NCBI GenBank assembly: GCA_963801605.1
Contig: CAWDFP010000006.1
Span: 512,001 to 576,000 of the forward strand
Direction: 5' to 3'
Source of the DNA: an uncultured candidate division Zixibacteria bacterium
GTDB lineage: Bacteria > Zixibacteria > MSB-5A5 > UBA10806
DNA: 64,000 bases
Shown here in pieces: positions 29,555 through 40,724 of this stretch; the first letter of the stretch is position 1; each line of letters begins with the position of its first letter. The notes under the pieces are model-generated. The model did no database searches and was not told the origin of the DNA. It was given only the letters and a program-made list of their open reading frames with translations. The translations under genes and the position numbers were made by a program.

Positions 29555-31283
29555 GAAAATAAGGATCCTCCTGGTGGAGGATAACCCTGGTGACGCTCGC
29601 CTGATAAAGGAGATGCTTAAAGCCAATGATACTCCTTTTGAGCTGGACGCGGTCGACCGGCTCTCGGCAGCTTTTGATCGCATAAAAAACGCCAGATATG
29701 ATATCATGCTCTTAGATCTTGGCCTTCCCGACAGCCAAGGTCTGGAGACGATGGAGCGCGTTAAGGAACTTGCGGCCGGCATGCCGATTATCATAATGAC
29801 CGGCATGGCCGATGAGATGATCGGTATCCAGGCGGTGGAACAGGGCGCTCAGGACTTCCTGATAAAATGGGAGGCCAGCGAAGCCATCCTGACGCGGACT
29901 ATCAATTATGCCATAGAGCGAAAACGTCTTGAAGAAAATCTGCGCGACAGCGAGGAGCGATATCGCAATATAGTCGAGACGGCCGGCGAAGGAATTTGGA
30001 TGTTCGATATCGATGACAAAACCATATTTGTGAATCAACAGATGGCCGACATGTTGGGTTATGCAATCGAGGAGATGCTGGGACGTCCGATGCAGGACTT
30101 TATGGATGAAGAGGCCAAACAGATTTCTCAAAGCCATCTGGATCGTCTTCGCACGGGGATAAAGGATAGATACGACATTTGCTACCGGCGCAAAAATGGA
30201 AGCGAGTTCTGGGCAATTGTCTCCGGGACGCCGCTGCTCGATGGCGACACTGGAGCTTACCGCGGGTCTCTTAAGATGATCGCTGATATTAATGATCGCA
30301 AAAAAAACGAAATCCGCGAGAAAGCCAGATTTGTCCTGGCGAACAAGATTCGCAGCGCCAAAAACATCGATGAGTGTTTGCAGTTTGGATGTAAAGCTCT
30401 TTTAGATTCCAATCTATTCCAACGGGCAGCGTTCACGTTTTTTGATAACGACGGGAATCTCATTAATTTCGGCCATGCGGGGCTTGATAAAAGCGAAATT
30501 AACGCCATAAAAAGAGGCAAAGCCCCCGATAGTGAACTGATGACCATGCTTACCGAGCCAAAATTTCGCATTAGCAAATCAAGCTTTATACCTCAGGGCT
30601 CATTACCGGCCGTAGAGAAAGAGTTTCCCAATATCTCATCGAATATCGATGGAGATGGGGAATCATTGTGGAAGGCCGGCGATATGCTGATAATTCCCAT
30701 TCCGCAAATTAACGATGAAAAAAACATTGGATTGGTATCTGTTGCCGCTCCGTATACTCCCCAGCGTCCGCCATCGCATGATCAGATATTGCACGCGGAG
30801 GAGATAATCGACATGATTGCAATCCGGGTGCGAGAGCTTCGACATGCCGAAGCCCTAAGCCAGGAACGTCATGCTTTGGCTGAAAAAAATGTGGCGTTGA
30901 AAGAAATCATGTCAGTAGTCGAAGCCGAGAAGATGGAAATTCGTCAACAGATTGCCGGAATGATAGACCAGGTTTTAAAACCCGCCGTAAGCCGGTTGGT
31001 TCGCCGGGACGGCATGGTCAATAAAACCTATTATGACCTCTTAAAATATAATCTCGATGAGTTATCGGCGGCGACGGGTGCGGCGCTGCACATGTCATCC
31101 AAGCTTTCTCCCCGGGAGATGGAAATCAGTTCCATGATAAAAAACGGGGCGAGCTCCAAAGATATTGCCGAAGCGCTTGATATTGCTCTGGTTACGGTAC
31201 AAAAGCACAGGGAGGTAATAAGAAAGAAGTTGGGCTTGACCAATAAAAACATCAACCTGACGACGCACTTGAGAAACATGTAA
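29526..31283 (+). CDS. Response regulator REC-PAS-GAF-LuxR HTH
   Basis: LLVEDNPGDARL..LLDLGLPDSQG; PAS; C-terminal LSPREMEI..SSKDIAEALDIALVTVQKHR. Confidence 0.9.
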   Translation: MMMSLSKKDKKIRILLVEDNPGDARLIKEMLKANDTPFELDAVDRLSAAFDRIKNARYDIMLLDLGLPDSQGLETMERVKELAAGMPIIIMTGMADEMIGIQAVEQGAQDFLIKWEASEAILTRTINYAIERKRLEENLRDSEERYRNIVETAGEGIWMFDIDDKTIFVNQQMADMLGYAIEEMLGRPMQDFMDEEAKQISQSHLDRLRTGIKDRYDICYRRKNGSEFWAIVSGTPLLDGDTGAYRGSLKMIADINDRKKNEIREKARFVLANKIRSAKNIDECLQFGCKALLDSNLFQRAAFTFFDNDGNLINFGHAGLDKSEINAIKRGKAPDSELMTMLTEPKFRISKSSFIPQGSLPAVEKEFPNISSNIDGDGESLWKAGDMLIIPIPQINDEKNIGLVSVAAPYTPQRPPSHDQILHAEEIIDMIAIRVRELRHAEALSQERHALAEKNVALKEIMSVVEAEKMEIRQQIAGMIDQVLKPAVSRLVRRDGMVNKTYYDLLKYNLDELSAATGAALHMSSKLSPREMEISSMIKNGASSKDIAEALDIALVTVQKHREVIRKKLGLTNKNINLTTHLRNM

Positions 31284-31485
31284 TTGAGTATATCAATATA
31301 CGTAATGAATACCTTCTTATTGGGTATTGACCGTATTTAATTCTCGATTTAATTGTAGGTGGCAAAAGGTAATGGATGTGTGAGGGGGCGAGAGTTTTGT
31401 GGCAGGCGTTTGGATAGAATTCAAATTTTGAAAACCGTTAAGTTCAGGATAAAGAATTTCGGGGGGCTATAATAAATGGGGGGGA

Positions 31486-31525
31486 CCGGGCAGTTATCCG
31501 GTGAAACTGCCCGGTTGCTTTTTTT
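31486..31525 (+). terminator. Rho-independent terminator
   Basis: ACCGGGCAGTT-loop-AACTGCCCGGT followed by TGCTTTTTTT. Confidence 0.85.
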
Positions 31526-31986
31526 AGGCAATCCCTTTTAAAATTTCAAATTAATTGCAATGACAATAAGTATATCAAATCCCGCAATACATACGCACTT
31601 AATCGGGATTGATCGGGGCTGAGATTCAATTATAATAAGCCGTACGCCACAGTACGTCATACATCCATTCGGAGGGGAGATATCGGGCGGCTGCCACCCA
31701 TGGCTGCCCGATTTTCGTTTTGGGCATTTTAGAAATGTATCCATGACCTTTTCTGCGTGCGAACGCCTGTCGTAATCTGAATTTGAAAATTTCGGAATTT
31801 ATTCAATCATACTTAACCGAGGTGTCGTATTTATAGCGCAATAATCAGGCAAAGCCCCATAAATTCCAGTAGACAATTTTTCAATCATAGCAAAAAAAAT
31901 AAAGACAAAAAGGCTCTTTTGCCCGATAATATGAGTTCGTGGCAGTCGTAAGTTAGTTGATGTTCGATTTTTTCCGGAAGGGATTT

Positions 31987-34002
31987 ATGAAAAGTAGCGA
32001 CGGTGTAAAAAATATAGATACCTTGTGCATAAATACGTTACGCTTTCTGGCGGTCGATATGGTGGAAAGGGCAAATTCCGGCCACCCGGGTTTGCCGCTT
32101 GGGGCTGCATCGATGGCTTATGTATTATATGATAAAATTATGCGGTTCAACCCCAAAAGCCCCAACTGGTTCGATCGTGATCGTTTCATCTTATCGGCCG
32201 GCCACGGCAGCGCCATGCTTTATTCTATCCTTTATTTGACGGGCTACGATCTAAGCCTTGATGAACTCAAACGTTTCAGGCAGTGGGAAAGCAAAACGCC
32301 GGGTCATCCCGAATTCGGCCTAACTCCGGGAGTTGAGGTCACGACCGGTCCGCTGGGACAGGGCTTTGCCATGGGGGTTGGAATGGCAATAGCGGAACGT
32401 TATTTGGCCGCGAAATTTAATCGACCGAACTATGATATTATAAATCATTATATTTTTTCTATCGTATCGGATGGCGATCTCATGGAGGGAGTATCGAGCG
32501 AAGCAGCATCCTTGGCCGGCCACCTACAACTTTCCAAGTTAGTTTATTTGTATGATGATAATAATATTTCGATCGATGGCAATACTAAGATCACGTTTAC
32601 CGAAGATGTTGGAAAGCGATTTGAAGCATACGATTGGCATGTGGAAAGAGTTGCCGATGCCAATAACGTAGACGAACTTGAACGAGCCATTCAGAGAGCA
32701 AAAGGAAACGGCAAGAAGCCATCATTAATTATTGTTAAGAGCCATATCGGTTATGGCAGCCCCAAACAGGACACATCGGCGGCCCACGGTGAACCATTAG
32801 GGGCGGACGCCCTTAAAAAGACCAAAGAGAATCTGGGTTGGCCGCAAGACCCAACATTTTATATTCCGGATGATGCTCTTTCGCATGTTCGCGAGGCAAT
32901 AGACCGCGGCAAAGAGCATGAGAATCGATGGCAAAAACTGTTCGACGATTACCAAAAAAACTATCCCGATCTGGCGGCTGAGCTTAATAAGGTAATGCGC
33001 AACGAGCTTCCGAATGGTTGGGATGTTGACATACCAACTTTTGCTCCAGCGGCCGGTTCAATGGCAACCCGCGATGCTTGCGGCAAGGTGATGAACGCGA
33101 TTGCCAAGAATTTCGAAATGTTTATAGGCGGCTCAGCCGACTTGGCGGCCTCGACAAAAACCGATCTCAAAGATAAAGGTGATTTTGCGCCAGAGAATCA
33201 CCTCGGTCGGAATATTCGGTTCGGGGTGCGCGAGCATGCCATGGGGAGTATTTCCAACGGGATCAGCCAACACGGAGGGATAATTCCGTTTACCGGCACA
33301 TTTCTGATATTTTCGGATTATATGCGGCCTGCCATACGTCTGGCAGCAATTATGCAGACTCACGTTATTTTCATTTTCAGCCACGACAGTATCGGACTTG
33401 GCGAGGATGGCCCGACTCATCAACCGATTAGCCAGCTTATGAGCCTAAGGGCCATTCCGGGCTTGACGGTAATCAGGCCGGCTGACGCCAATGAAACCTC
33501 GGCCGCCTGGCGATTTGCCCTCAAACATAATGGCCCGGTCGTAATTGCATCATCGAGACAAAAGCTACCAGTGCTCGATACCGCCCTCTACCCTATAAAC
33601 GATGGCCTTTCTCGGGGAGCATATATTGTGGCAGACGCTGAAAATGGGCAGCCCGATATTATATTGATAGCAACCGGTTCTGAGGTACAATTGATTTTGG
33701 GCGCCAGAGAGAAGCTTCGCGAAATTAAAATCAAGGCCCGCGTTGTTTCGATGCCATCGTGGGAACTGTATGATAAACAACCTCAGGAATATCGAAGAAA
33801 CATTTTGATACCCAATGTGCCCAAATTGGCAGTGGAGGCGGCCTCGCCATTGGGTTGGCATAAATATATCGGAGAACGAGGAGATGTTATCGGGTTGGAA
33901 CGCTTCGGAGCATCGGCGCCGGGCGAAACCGTAATGGAAAAACTGGGTTTTAATGTGAATAACGTTGTTGAGCATGCTCAAATCCTGGTTAATGCCAAGT
34001 AG
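31987..34002 (+). CDS. tkt: Transketolase
   Basis: [26 protein letters not shown] and [15 protein letters not shown]. Confidence 0.98.
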   Translation: MKSSDGVKNIDTLCINTLRFLAVDMVERANSGHPGLPLGAASMAYVLYDKIMRFNPKSPNWFDRDRFILSAGHGSAMLYSILYLTGYDLSLDELKRFRQWESKTPGHPEFGLTPGVEVTTGPLGQGFAMGVGMAIAERYLAAKFNRPNYDIINHYIFSIVSDGDLMEGVSSEAASLAGHLQLSKLVYLYDDNNISIDGNTKITFTEDVGKRFEAYDWHVERVADANNVDELERAIQRAKGNGKKPSLIIVKSHIGYGSPKQDTSAAHGEPLGADALKKTKENLGWPQDPTFYIPDDALSHVREAIDRGKEHENRWQKLFDDYQKNYPDLAAELNKVMRNELPNGWDVDIPTFAPAAGSMATRDACGKVMNAIAKNFEMFIGGSADLAASTKTDLKDKGDFAPENHLGRNIRFGVREHAMGSISNGISQHGGIIPFTGTFLIFSDYMRPAIRLAAIMQTHVIFIFSHDSIGLGEDGPTHQPISQLMSLRAIPGLTVIRPADANETSAAWRFALKHNGPVVIASSRQKLPVLDTALYPINDGLSRGAYIVADAENGQPDIILIATGSEVQLILGAREKLREIKIKARVVSMPSWELYDKQPQEYRRNILIPNVPKLAVEAASPLGWHKYIGERGDVIGLERFGASAPGETVMEKLGFNVNNVVEHAQILVNAK

Positions 34003-34058
34003 AATATTAAGCCGATTACCGTTAAAAGTAAAAAGGCGAAATTGAATGAGGAGAGAAA

Positions 34059-35738
34059 ATGAGTCTTGTTAAGGGTCCGCAGCGGGATCAGATTTTTAAT
34101 TTGGGGCAGTACCAGGCGGCGGTTGACAAGCGGCTTGATATCTGGGAAAATCAGGAATTTGCCAGTCGATTCTGGGAGAAGGATCCAACGTTGTGGTTTT
34201 CCAAACCGCAACCTGAGATAAAAGATCGCATGGGCTGGCTGGATGTATTTGAGCCGATGCATGAGCATCTAAAAGCGATGCTCAGTTTCGCCGAGCAGGT
34301 TAAGACGGAGGGCATGAGGCATGTGCTGCTTTTAGGCATGGGCGGTTCAAGCCTGGCGCCCGAGGTTTTGCAGAATACATTTGGCAGCGGCGATGGCCAT
34401 CCCAGTCTTCTTCTTTTAGACAGCACCCATCCCGACGCGGTCAGGCAAGTAGAATCGGAGATTGATATTACCAAAACTATCTTCCTGGTATCGAGCAAAT
34501 CTGGAACTACCACTGAGACGATGTCTTTTTTCTATTATTTCTGGAATCGAGTTAGCGAAAAAACACCCACCCCCGGTAATCAGTTTGTGGCAATTACTGA
34601 TCCCGGCACTTCCCTTGCCAAGCTCGCAAAAGACCGCAATTTCAGGCGCACGTTTGAGGGGATGCCAGATGTCGGCGGAAGGTATTCCGCGCTGACCCTA
34701 TTTGGCCTTGTGCCCGGAGCGCTAATCGGAATCGATGTCCATCAAATTTTAGATCGCGGCTGGGATTTAGCTCAAGCCTCGGCGGGATATTTAAGTGAGC
34801 ATGAAAACCCATGCCTGCATCTGGGCGCTGCATTGGGCGAGCTGGCGTTAGCGGGACGAGATAAGCTGACATTTTTTGCGACACCGTCGTTGGCGCCTTT
34901 TCCGGCCTGGATCGAGCAGCTCGTGGCCGAAAGCACCGGGAAAAACGGCAAGGGAATTGTGCCAATTGTCGACGAGATGATAGAAGAGCCGTGGGCATAT
35001 CGCAAGGACCGGTTTTTTGTTCAATACAGCCTAAATTCCGAAATGAGCGCTGAGCTGAACGATAAGATAAAGGCGCTGGAAGCGGCCGGCCATCCAGTGG
35101 TGCAGTTCAGGCTGAACAATAAACCCGATATAGGCCAGGAGATATTCCGCTGGGAGATGGCAGTAGCGTCGGCGGGCGCAATTCTGGGGATTCATCCCTT
35201 TGATCAGCCCGATGTACAGCTTGCCAAAGAATTGGCTCGCCAGGCGATGGATCAGAAAGCCCCCAAGAGCGCCAAACCGGAAAAAAGCGATGTCGAAACG
35301 GTACATGTGGAACACAAGATTCCGCTCACCAAAGCAATCGAAGCCATTTTGGCCGGAGCGCGTCTCGGCGATTATATATCTCTTCAGGCTTACCTGGCTC
35401 CTGATCCTGATACGGAAGCTGCCCTCCAGGAATTTCGATTAGCCTTAAGGGATAGATTGAAATTGGCAACAACGTTTGGCTGGGGACCGCGCTTTTTGCA
35501 TTCCACCGGCCAGCTTCACAAGGGCGGACCAAGCACCGGAGTGTTTATACAAATAGTCAATGAACCTCAAAAAGATCTGGCAGTACCGGAAACAAATTAC
35601 ACTTTCGGAAGCTTAATACAGGCGCAGTCGATAGGCGACTATCGGGCGCTGAAGCAACATGGGCGACGGGTACTACGGATAAATTTGGGGCAAGATACAG
35701 AAAAGGGTTTGATGCTTTTAGGCGAGCTACTCGCATAA
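34059..35738 (+). CDS. pgi: Glucose-6-phosphate isomerase (type seen as the PGI half of Tal-Pgi fusions)
   Basis: LGMGGSSL, SSKSGTT, VGGRYSAL, EQLVAESTGK and GPRFLHSTGQLHKGG. Confidence 0.9.
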   Translation: MSLVKGPQRDQIFNLGQYQAAVDKRLDIWENQEFASRFWEKDPTLWFSKPQPEIKDRMGWLDVFEPMHEHLKAMLSFAEQVKTEGMRHVLLLGMGGSSLAPEVLQNTFGSGDGHPSLLLLDSTHPDAVRQVESEIDITKTIFLVSSKSGTTTETMSFFYYFWNRVSEKTPTPGNQFVAITDPGTSLAKLAKDRNFRRTFEGMPDVGGRYSALTLFGLVPGALIGIDVHQILDRGWDLAQASAGYLSEHENPCLHLGAALGELALAGRDKLTFFATPSLAPFPAWIEQLVAESTGKNGKGIVPIVDEMIEEPWAYRKDRFFVQYSLNSEMSAELNDKIKALEAAGHPVVQFRLNNKPDIGQEIFRWEMAVASAGAILGIHPFDQPDVQLAKELARQAMDQKAPKSAKPEKSDVETVHVEHKIPLTKAIEAILAGARLGDYISLQAYLAPDPDTEAALQEFRLALRDRLKLATTFGWGPRFLHSTGQLHKGGPSTGVFIQIVNEPQKDLAVPETNYTFGSLIQAQSIGDYRALKQHGRRVLRINLGQDTEKGLMLLGELLA

Positions 35739-35777
35739 ATATAAACCTCAGGATCTTAGCTGAGAGGGAAAACACCT

Positions 35778-36687
35778 ATGGAACTTGGAATGATCGGCTT
35801 GGGTCGCATGGGCGGAAATATGGCCCGTCGGCTTATTTCCGGAGGACATCGGATTGCAGCATATAACCGCACTCCCGATCCGGTGATGAGCTTATCAAAG
35901 AAGGCGGCGTCAAGGCCGATTCGCCGATGGATCTTGTCGGCAAGCTCTCTCAGCCGCGGGCGATCTGGCTCATGATTCCCGCCGGAAAGCCCGTAGATGA
36001 TACAATCGAGCTTCTGCTGCCCAATTTATCCGAGGGCGATATATTGATAGACGGCGGCAACTCCTACTATAAGGATAGCATGCGTCGGGGCGATATTTGG
36101 CAGAAAGGAAGATTAATTTTATCGATGTCGGCACCTCGGGCGGTATCTGGGGTCTTACCGAGGGATACAGCCTTATGATCGGAGGCGCCAAGGAAGCGGT
36201 TGATCGTCTCAATCCGATCTTTAAGACATTAGCGCCGGCATCGGATAAGGGCTGGGGGCATGTCGGACCGAGTGGCGCGGGGCATTTTGTTAAGATGGTG
36301 CATAACGGAATCGAATATGGGATGATGCAGGCTTTGGCCGAGGGCTTCGCGATTCTGGAAGCGAAGAAAGAATTTTCACTCGATCTCCATCAGATATCCG
36401 AGATCTGGCGTTATGGAAGCGTGGTGCGATCCTGGCTATTGGATTTGACGGCGCGTGTTTTTGCCGAAGATCAAAAGCTCGAGGATATTGCGCCATTCGT
36501 GGCCGATTCGGGAGAGGGTCGCTGGACGGCATTCGAGGCAATTGATCTGAATGTTCCTGCTCCGATAATAACGCAATCGCTAATACAGAGGTTACGCTCC
36601 CGGGATGACCGGGATTTCAACGATCGTATTCTGGCTGCCATGCGACACCAGTTTGGCGGGCATGCCATCAAAACGGAGAAAAATTGA
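35778..36687 (+). CDS. gnd: 6-phosphogluconate dehydrogenase, short form (two apparent frameshifts)
   Basis: GMIGLGRMG / IDGGNS / GHFVKMVHNGIEYG..MRHQFGGH across three frames. Confidence 0.92.
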
Positions 36688-38143
36688 TGGATAATGATAA
36701 AATTGCTCCTCACGTTTTCGTAATTTTCGGGGCTACGGGCGATCTTACTCAGCGAAGCCTTCTGCCGGCTCTTTATAATCTTGCCAAGAGCGGCAAGACT
36801 ATGGGGAAATCGATTATACTGGGAACAGCCAGAACGGCGCTTAACGATAAGGATTTCCGTCAATTAGCGCGAGAGGCTCTATCTAAAGCCAAAATTACAA
36901 TCGATGATACTATGAACCGCTGGATTGAAGATTCTCTTTTCTATCAGTCCATCGGCGAGGAAAAGCATGAGCATTTCTCAATCCTGGCCGATCAAATAAA
37001 GCGTCTTGAAGAAAAATTTAATCTCTCCGGAAATCGGATTTTCTATCTGGCAACGCCCCCCGCAGCTTTTCCCCATACTATTGAAACGCTCGGCGACGTT
37101 GGACTTGCTAAAAGCCATGGCTGGACCAGGATAGTGGTGGAGAAACCGTTTGGACGCGATTTAGAGTCGGCGAAAGCACTCAACAAACTATTGCATCGAT
37201 GGTTTAACGAGCCGCAGATTTACAGGATCGATCATTATCTGGGCAAGGAGACGGTGCAAAATCTTTTGGTTTTTCGATTCGCCAATCCAATCTTCGAGTC
37301 GCTTTGGAATCGCGACCGGATACATTCGGTGCAGATTACGGTGGCGGAGGATATCGGCATCGGGAAAAGGGCCGGCTATTATGATCGAGCCGGGGCGCTT
37401 CGCGACATGGTGCAAAACCATTTAACGCAACTGGTGACTTTAGTGGCAATGGAAGTGCCGGTGGCGTTCGACAGCGATTCAATCAGAGCGGAGAAGGTTA
37501 AGGTGCTCAAATCAATTGCGCCAATAGACAATGAACAGGTAGTTTTGGGGCAATACACGCGGGCAAAATAGGTGGAAAAGAAGCGCCGGGGTATCTTGAA
37601 GAACAGGATGTTAGCCGGGATTCCCGAACCGAAACATTTGTGGCTATGACTCTTGATATCGCCAATTGGCGCTGGCATGGAGTTCCGTTTTACCTACGTA
37701 CCGGAAAAAGGCTTCCCAGCCGTTCGACAAAAATCGTCATAAATTTTAGGCGGGCGCCGGTATCGGTTTTCGATCCTATCGGCCGCTGCGATATGAATTT
37801 CAATTCGCTTAATATGACACTTCAACCGGACGAGGGGTTCGATCTCTGTTTCGAAATGAAAGACTTGGGCGAACCGATGAAGCTTCGCACTCAGAGATTG
37901 CATTTCCGGTACGCCGAGACATTTGGCCCCATCCCCGATGCTTACGAGACTCTGCTTATGGATATCATGGAAGGCGATCAAACGCTTTTTGTAAGCGCGG
38001 ATTGGGTAGAATCATCCTGGGGGCTCTACACTCCGATTCTTGAAAATAAGCTTCCGGTTTATCCTTACGCCGCCGGAACTTGGGGCCCCTCGCAGGCCGA
38101 GGCCCTCATCAAGCGCGAGGGTCATGTATGGGCCAACTTTTAA
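36687..38143 (+). CDS. zwf: Glucose-6-phosphate 1-dehydrogenase (apparent frameshift near 37561)
   Basis: FGATGDL, EKPFG, RIDHYLGKE; RWHGVPFYLRTGK in the second frame. Confidence 0.95.
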
Positions 38144-38871
38144 AAAATCTGCAAATTTATGATTCAATCGAAGCATTAGTAACTGCATTATCAGAAGCCA
38201 TTGCCCGGCGCGTAGAGGAAGTCTTAACAGAAAAAGATCATTTCGATCTGGTTCTCACCGGCGGCAATACGCCACGGCCGTTATTCAAATATTTAACGGA
38301 AAACTATCGCAATAAGATTCCCTGGGGAAAAATCAGGTTTTACTGGAGCGATGAGCGGTACGTGCCGCACAACGATCCGCAGAGCAATTTCGGGATGGCC
38401 AAAGAAACGCTGTTGGATTATGTGCCCATAAATCCAAACAATGTTTTTCCGATGCCGACTACTTTTATCGATCCGGAGGAGGCCAGGAATTCATATGAGC
38501 GGCTCCTAAGATCGCATTTTAATTCCTTAGTACCTCATTTTGATTTGGCGCTTTTGGGTTTGGGCGAGGATTGCCACGTGGCTTCGCTTTTTCCGCGCAC
38601 GATACAATTGAGCGAGACGAAGCACTGGGTGGTAACAAGCATCTCTCCCAAAGAGCCGCTGCAACGGTTAAGCCTGACGTTTCCTGCAATTAACGGATCG
38701 AGGATGATTTATTTTTTGGCAACCGGAGAAGGCAAAGCTGAACCACTGAATAAAGCGCTTTCAAAAGAGCATATAGAGATTCAAGATTGCCCGGCGCGTG
38801 GGGTAAAGCCCACAGATGGCGAGATTGTTTGGTGGGTGGATAGGGCGGCGGGGAACCGGATTGGATCGTAA
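38128..38871 (+). CDS. pgl: 6-phosphogluconolactonase
   Basis: LTGGNTP, WSDERYVP and LGLGEDCHVASLFP. Confidence 0.95.
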   Translation: MGQLLKNLQIYDSIEALVTALSEAIARRVEEVLTEKDHFDLVLTGGNTPRPLFKYLTENYRNKIPWGKIRFYWSDERYVPHNDPQSNFGMAKETLLDYVPINPNNVFPMPTTFIDPEEARNSYERLLRSHFNSLVPHFDLALLGLGEDCHVASLFPRTIQLSETKHWVVTSISPKEPLQRLSLTFPAINGSRMIYFLATGEGKAEPLNKALSKEHIEIQDCPARGVKPTDGEIVWWVDRAAGNRIGS

Positions 38872-38882
38872 CAAGCATGCTA

Positions 38883-39452
38883 TTATTTCGTTCTTTCAAA
38901 AGGCTTTTTATTATCCTCTAAAATATTTGAGGGCGCCCAGATGACATCATACATCCAGCTCGTGTATAAATATAATCCGGCAAAAAATCCCAATGAAACC
39001 TTATCAGTTGTATGGCTTTTGTTTTTGCGCCAACGGTTGTAATCCCAAACTATAATCGAAGTAGTAATAATTTCTGTTCCAAATAATATCCAAGCAGCCT
39101 TTTTATGGCCGGCATAATAATTCCCCAAGCCATGAACCACAAAACCCGGCCCCAGCGCCAGTCCAAACGCGAGCCAGGGACTTTTCTTTTTATATAAGCC
39201 TTCTGTGGTGAATGTGGAATCACCAGTTGCATTTGGCGAATCGCATATCGGAATATTATCGGCCAATACTAGTGATCTAGGTTGATGTAAAGAGCCGCCA
39301 TCATGGTTTTGGATGATTATTGATTGAGGATCAAATTTGATGGCATAAGTGCTTGAAGCAATAATTAAAAATAAAAAAATGAAGATTACGGCGCTTTTAA
39401 TAATCGGTAAAGGTTTCATTTTCATAATTGGCTGGAGCGATAAAAAGATCAC
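38883..39452 (-). CDS. Hypothetical membrane protein
   Basis: Signal-like N-terminus; KSPWLAFGLALGPG..GLGNYYAG TM motif. Confidence 0.7.
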   Translation of the reverse strand: MIFLSLQPIMKMKPLPIIKSAVIFIFLFLIIASSTYAIKFDPQSIIIQNHDGGSLHQPRSLVLADNIPICDSPNATGDSTFTTEGLYKKKSPWLAFGLALGPGFVVHGLGNYYAGHKKAAWILFGTEIITTSIIVWDYNRWRKNKSHTTDKVSLGFFAGLYLYTSWMYDVIWAPSNILEDNKKPFERTK

Positions 39453-39493
39453 TTAAAAATACCAATAATTCCGCCCCAAAACATAGCAATATT

Positions 39494-39976
39494 TTACAGC
39501 ATCATCTCCAGTTCAATTTCGTCGCGGATAGGGATACCGTCGTTGCCGATTTTAGGAATTTCGGGTTTGAGATGACGAGATTTATTGATGGCATCGGGGT
39601 AAACGGCCCGAAGATTAAAGCCGCGTTTCTGATAATAGATTAGAGCCGCAGTATTATCGTTGGTGGTAATCAGCCAGAGCCTGTGGCATTTGAGGCGAAT
39701 CGCGGTTGCCTTAACCGATTCGATCAGGCTTGTGCCAACGCCTGCTTTTTCCAGAATGCTGTCGAGGCTGACCAACTCGCACTCATCACCGCTCAGGCTA
39801 TAGGTGACCAGCCCGACCGGAGTGTCATCGCGGAAAGCTACGAATCCCGGCAAGGTATCAGCCTGATAAACTCGTCCGCGGCTGACTATGCGGGTTGATC
39901 CCCAGCGGTCTCGAAGCAGGTTTGTGGCCCAGGTAATATTTTCCTCAGCTAAACGAGAAATTTCAATGTCGCTCAT
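39494..39976 (-). CDS. GNAT family N-acetyltransferase
   Basis: GVGTSLI; WLITTNDNTAALIYYQKRGF. Confidence 0.92.
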   Translation of the reverse strand: MSDIEISRLAEENITWATNLLRDRWGSTRIVSRGRVYQADTLPGFVAFRDDTPVGLVTYSLSGDECELVSLDSILEKAGVGTSLIESVKATAIRLKCHRLWLITTNDNTAALIYYQKRGFNLRAVYPDAINKSRHLKPEIPKIGNDGIPIRDEIELEMML

Positions 39977-40006
39977 TTTTATTGTCTCTTTGCCCCTTAT
40001 CGGGTC

Positions 40007-40621
40007 TCAGGTTAAAGGTTGGCGTATAACGGTCTTAAGTTTTTCCGGGGCGGTTTTCCGGAAATCGCTTAAATAAATTTCATGATGCTTGCCCCGGATT
40101 TTATAGCCATTACGCAAAATGAAATCGTGCACTTTCGCGACGGTAGGCCCCTCAGCCGAAAACGGCCCGAGATGCATGATCTGAGCAGCTTTTCCCTCGC
40201 GAAAATTTTCATATCTCATTTTAGAAAGAGCCGGTAAATCCTTCTTCTTGGCGGCCGCATCCAGGGCCATCTTAACATATTCGGAGGTTGCGTTCGGCGG
40301 CTGCGCTATCATAGCGGTCCACATCCAGAGATCGCGCCGCTCCATATCGAATCCGCCGTTCTCATTCCACCAAAGACCCTCCAGCGGCATGACCACATAA
40401 TCAGAATCGACTGATTTGGCATTTTTCTTGAGCGCAAATTTGAGGGTATAAGATACGGAATAGAGCGCCTCGATAGCATTTTGAAAATCCCTGGAGGTGT
40501 TGGGATCGCCCCGGCCATCGATCATGAGAAAATTAAAAGCCGGGATATCAACCAGGGCAACTTCCTTTGCGGACGGGGAATACAGCGATTTATATTCTTT
40601 TTTAAGATCGATTTTAGGCAT
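40007..40621 (-). CDS. GyrI-like small-molecule-binding domain protein
   Basis: FLMIDGRGDPN, MPLEGLWW, MHLGPFSAE and HHEIYLSD. Confidence 0.92.
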   Translation of the reverse strand: MPKIDLKKEYKSLYSPSAKEVALVDIPAFNFLMIDGRGDPNTSRDFQNAIEALYSVSYTLKFALKKNAKSVDSDYVVMPLEGLWWNENGGFDMERRDLWMWTAMIAQPPNATSEYVKMALDAAAKKKDLPALSKMRYENFREGKAAQIMHLGPFSAEGPTVAKVHDFILRNGYKIRGKHHEIYLSDFRKTAPEKLKTVIRQPLT

Positions 40622-40724
40622 AATCGTATCCTTTGAATTATGAGGCGAAAAGGTTTATGCGCCGGTCGTTACTGTTGGTGAAAATATATTAGATATTGGG
40701 TGTGAAATGCCAACCCTTTTTAAA

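Noticed and set aside
37555..37575. TAG ending the first zwf fragment as possible pyrrolysine or stop readthrough
   Set aside because: The continuation (KIGGKEAPGYLEE..RTETFVAM) is in another frame; one missing G explains it
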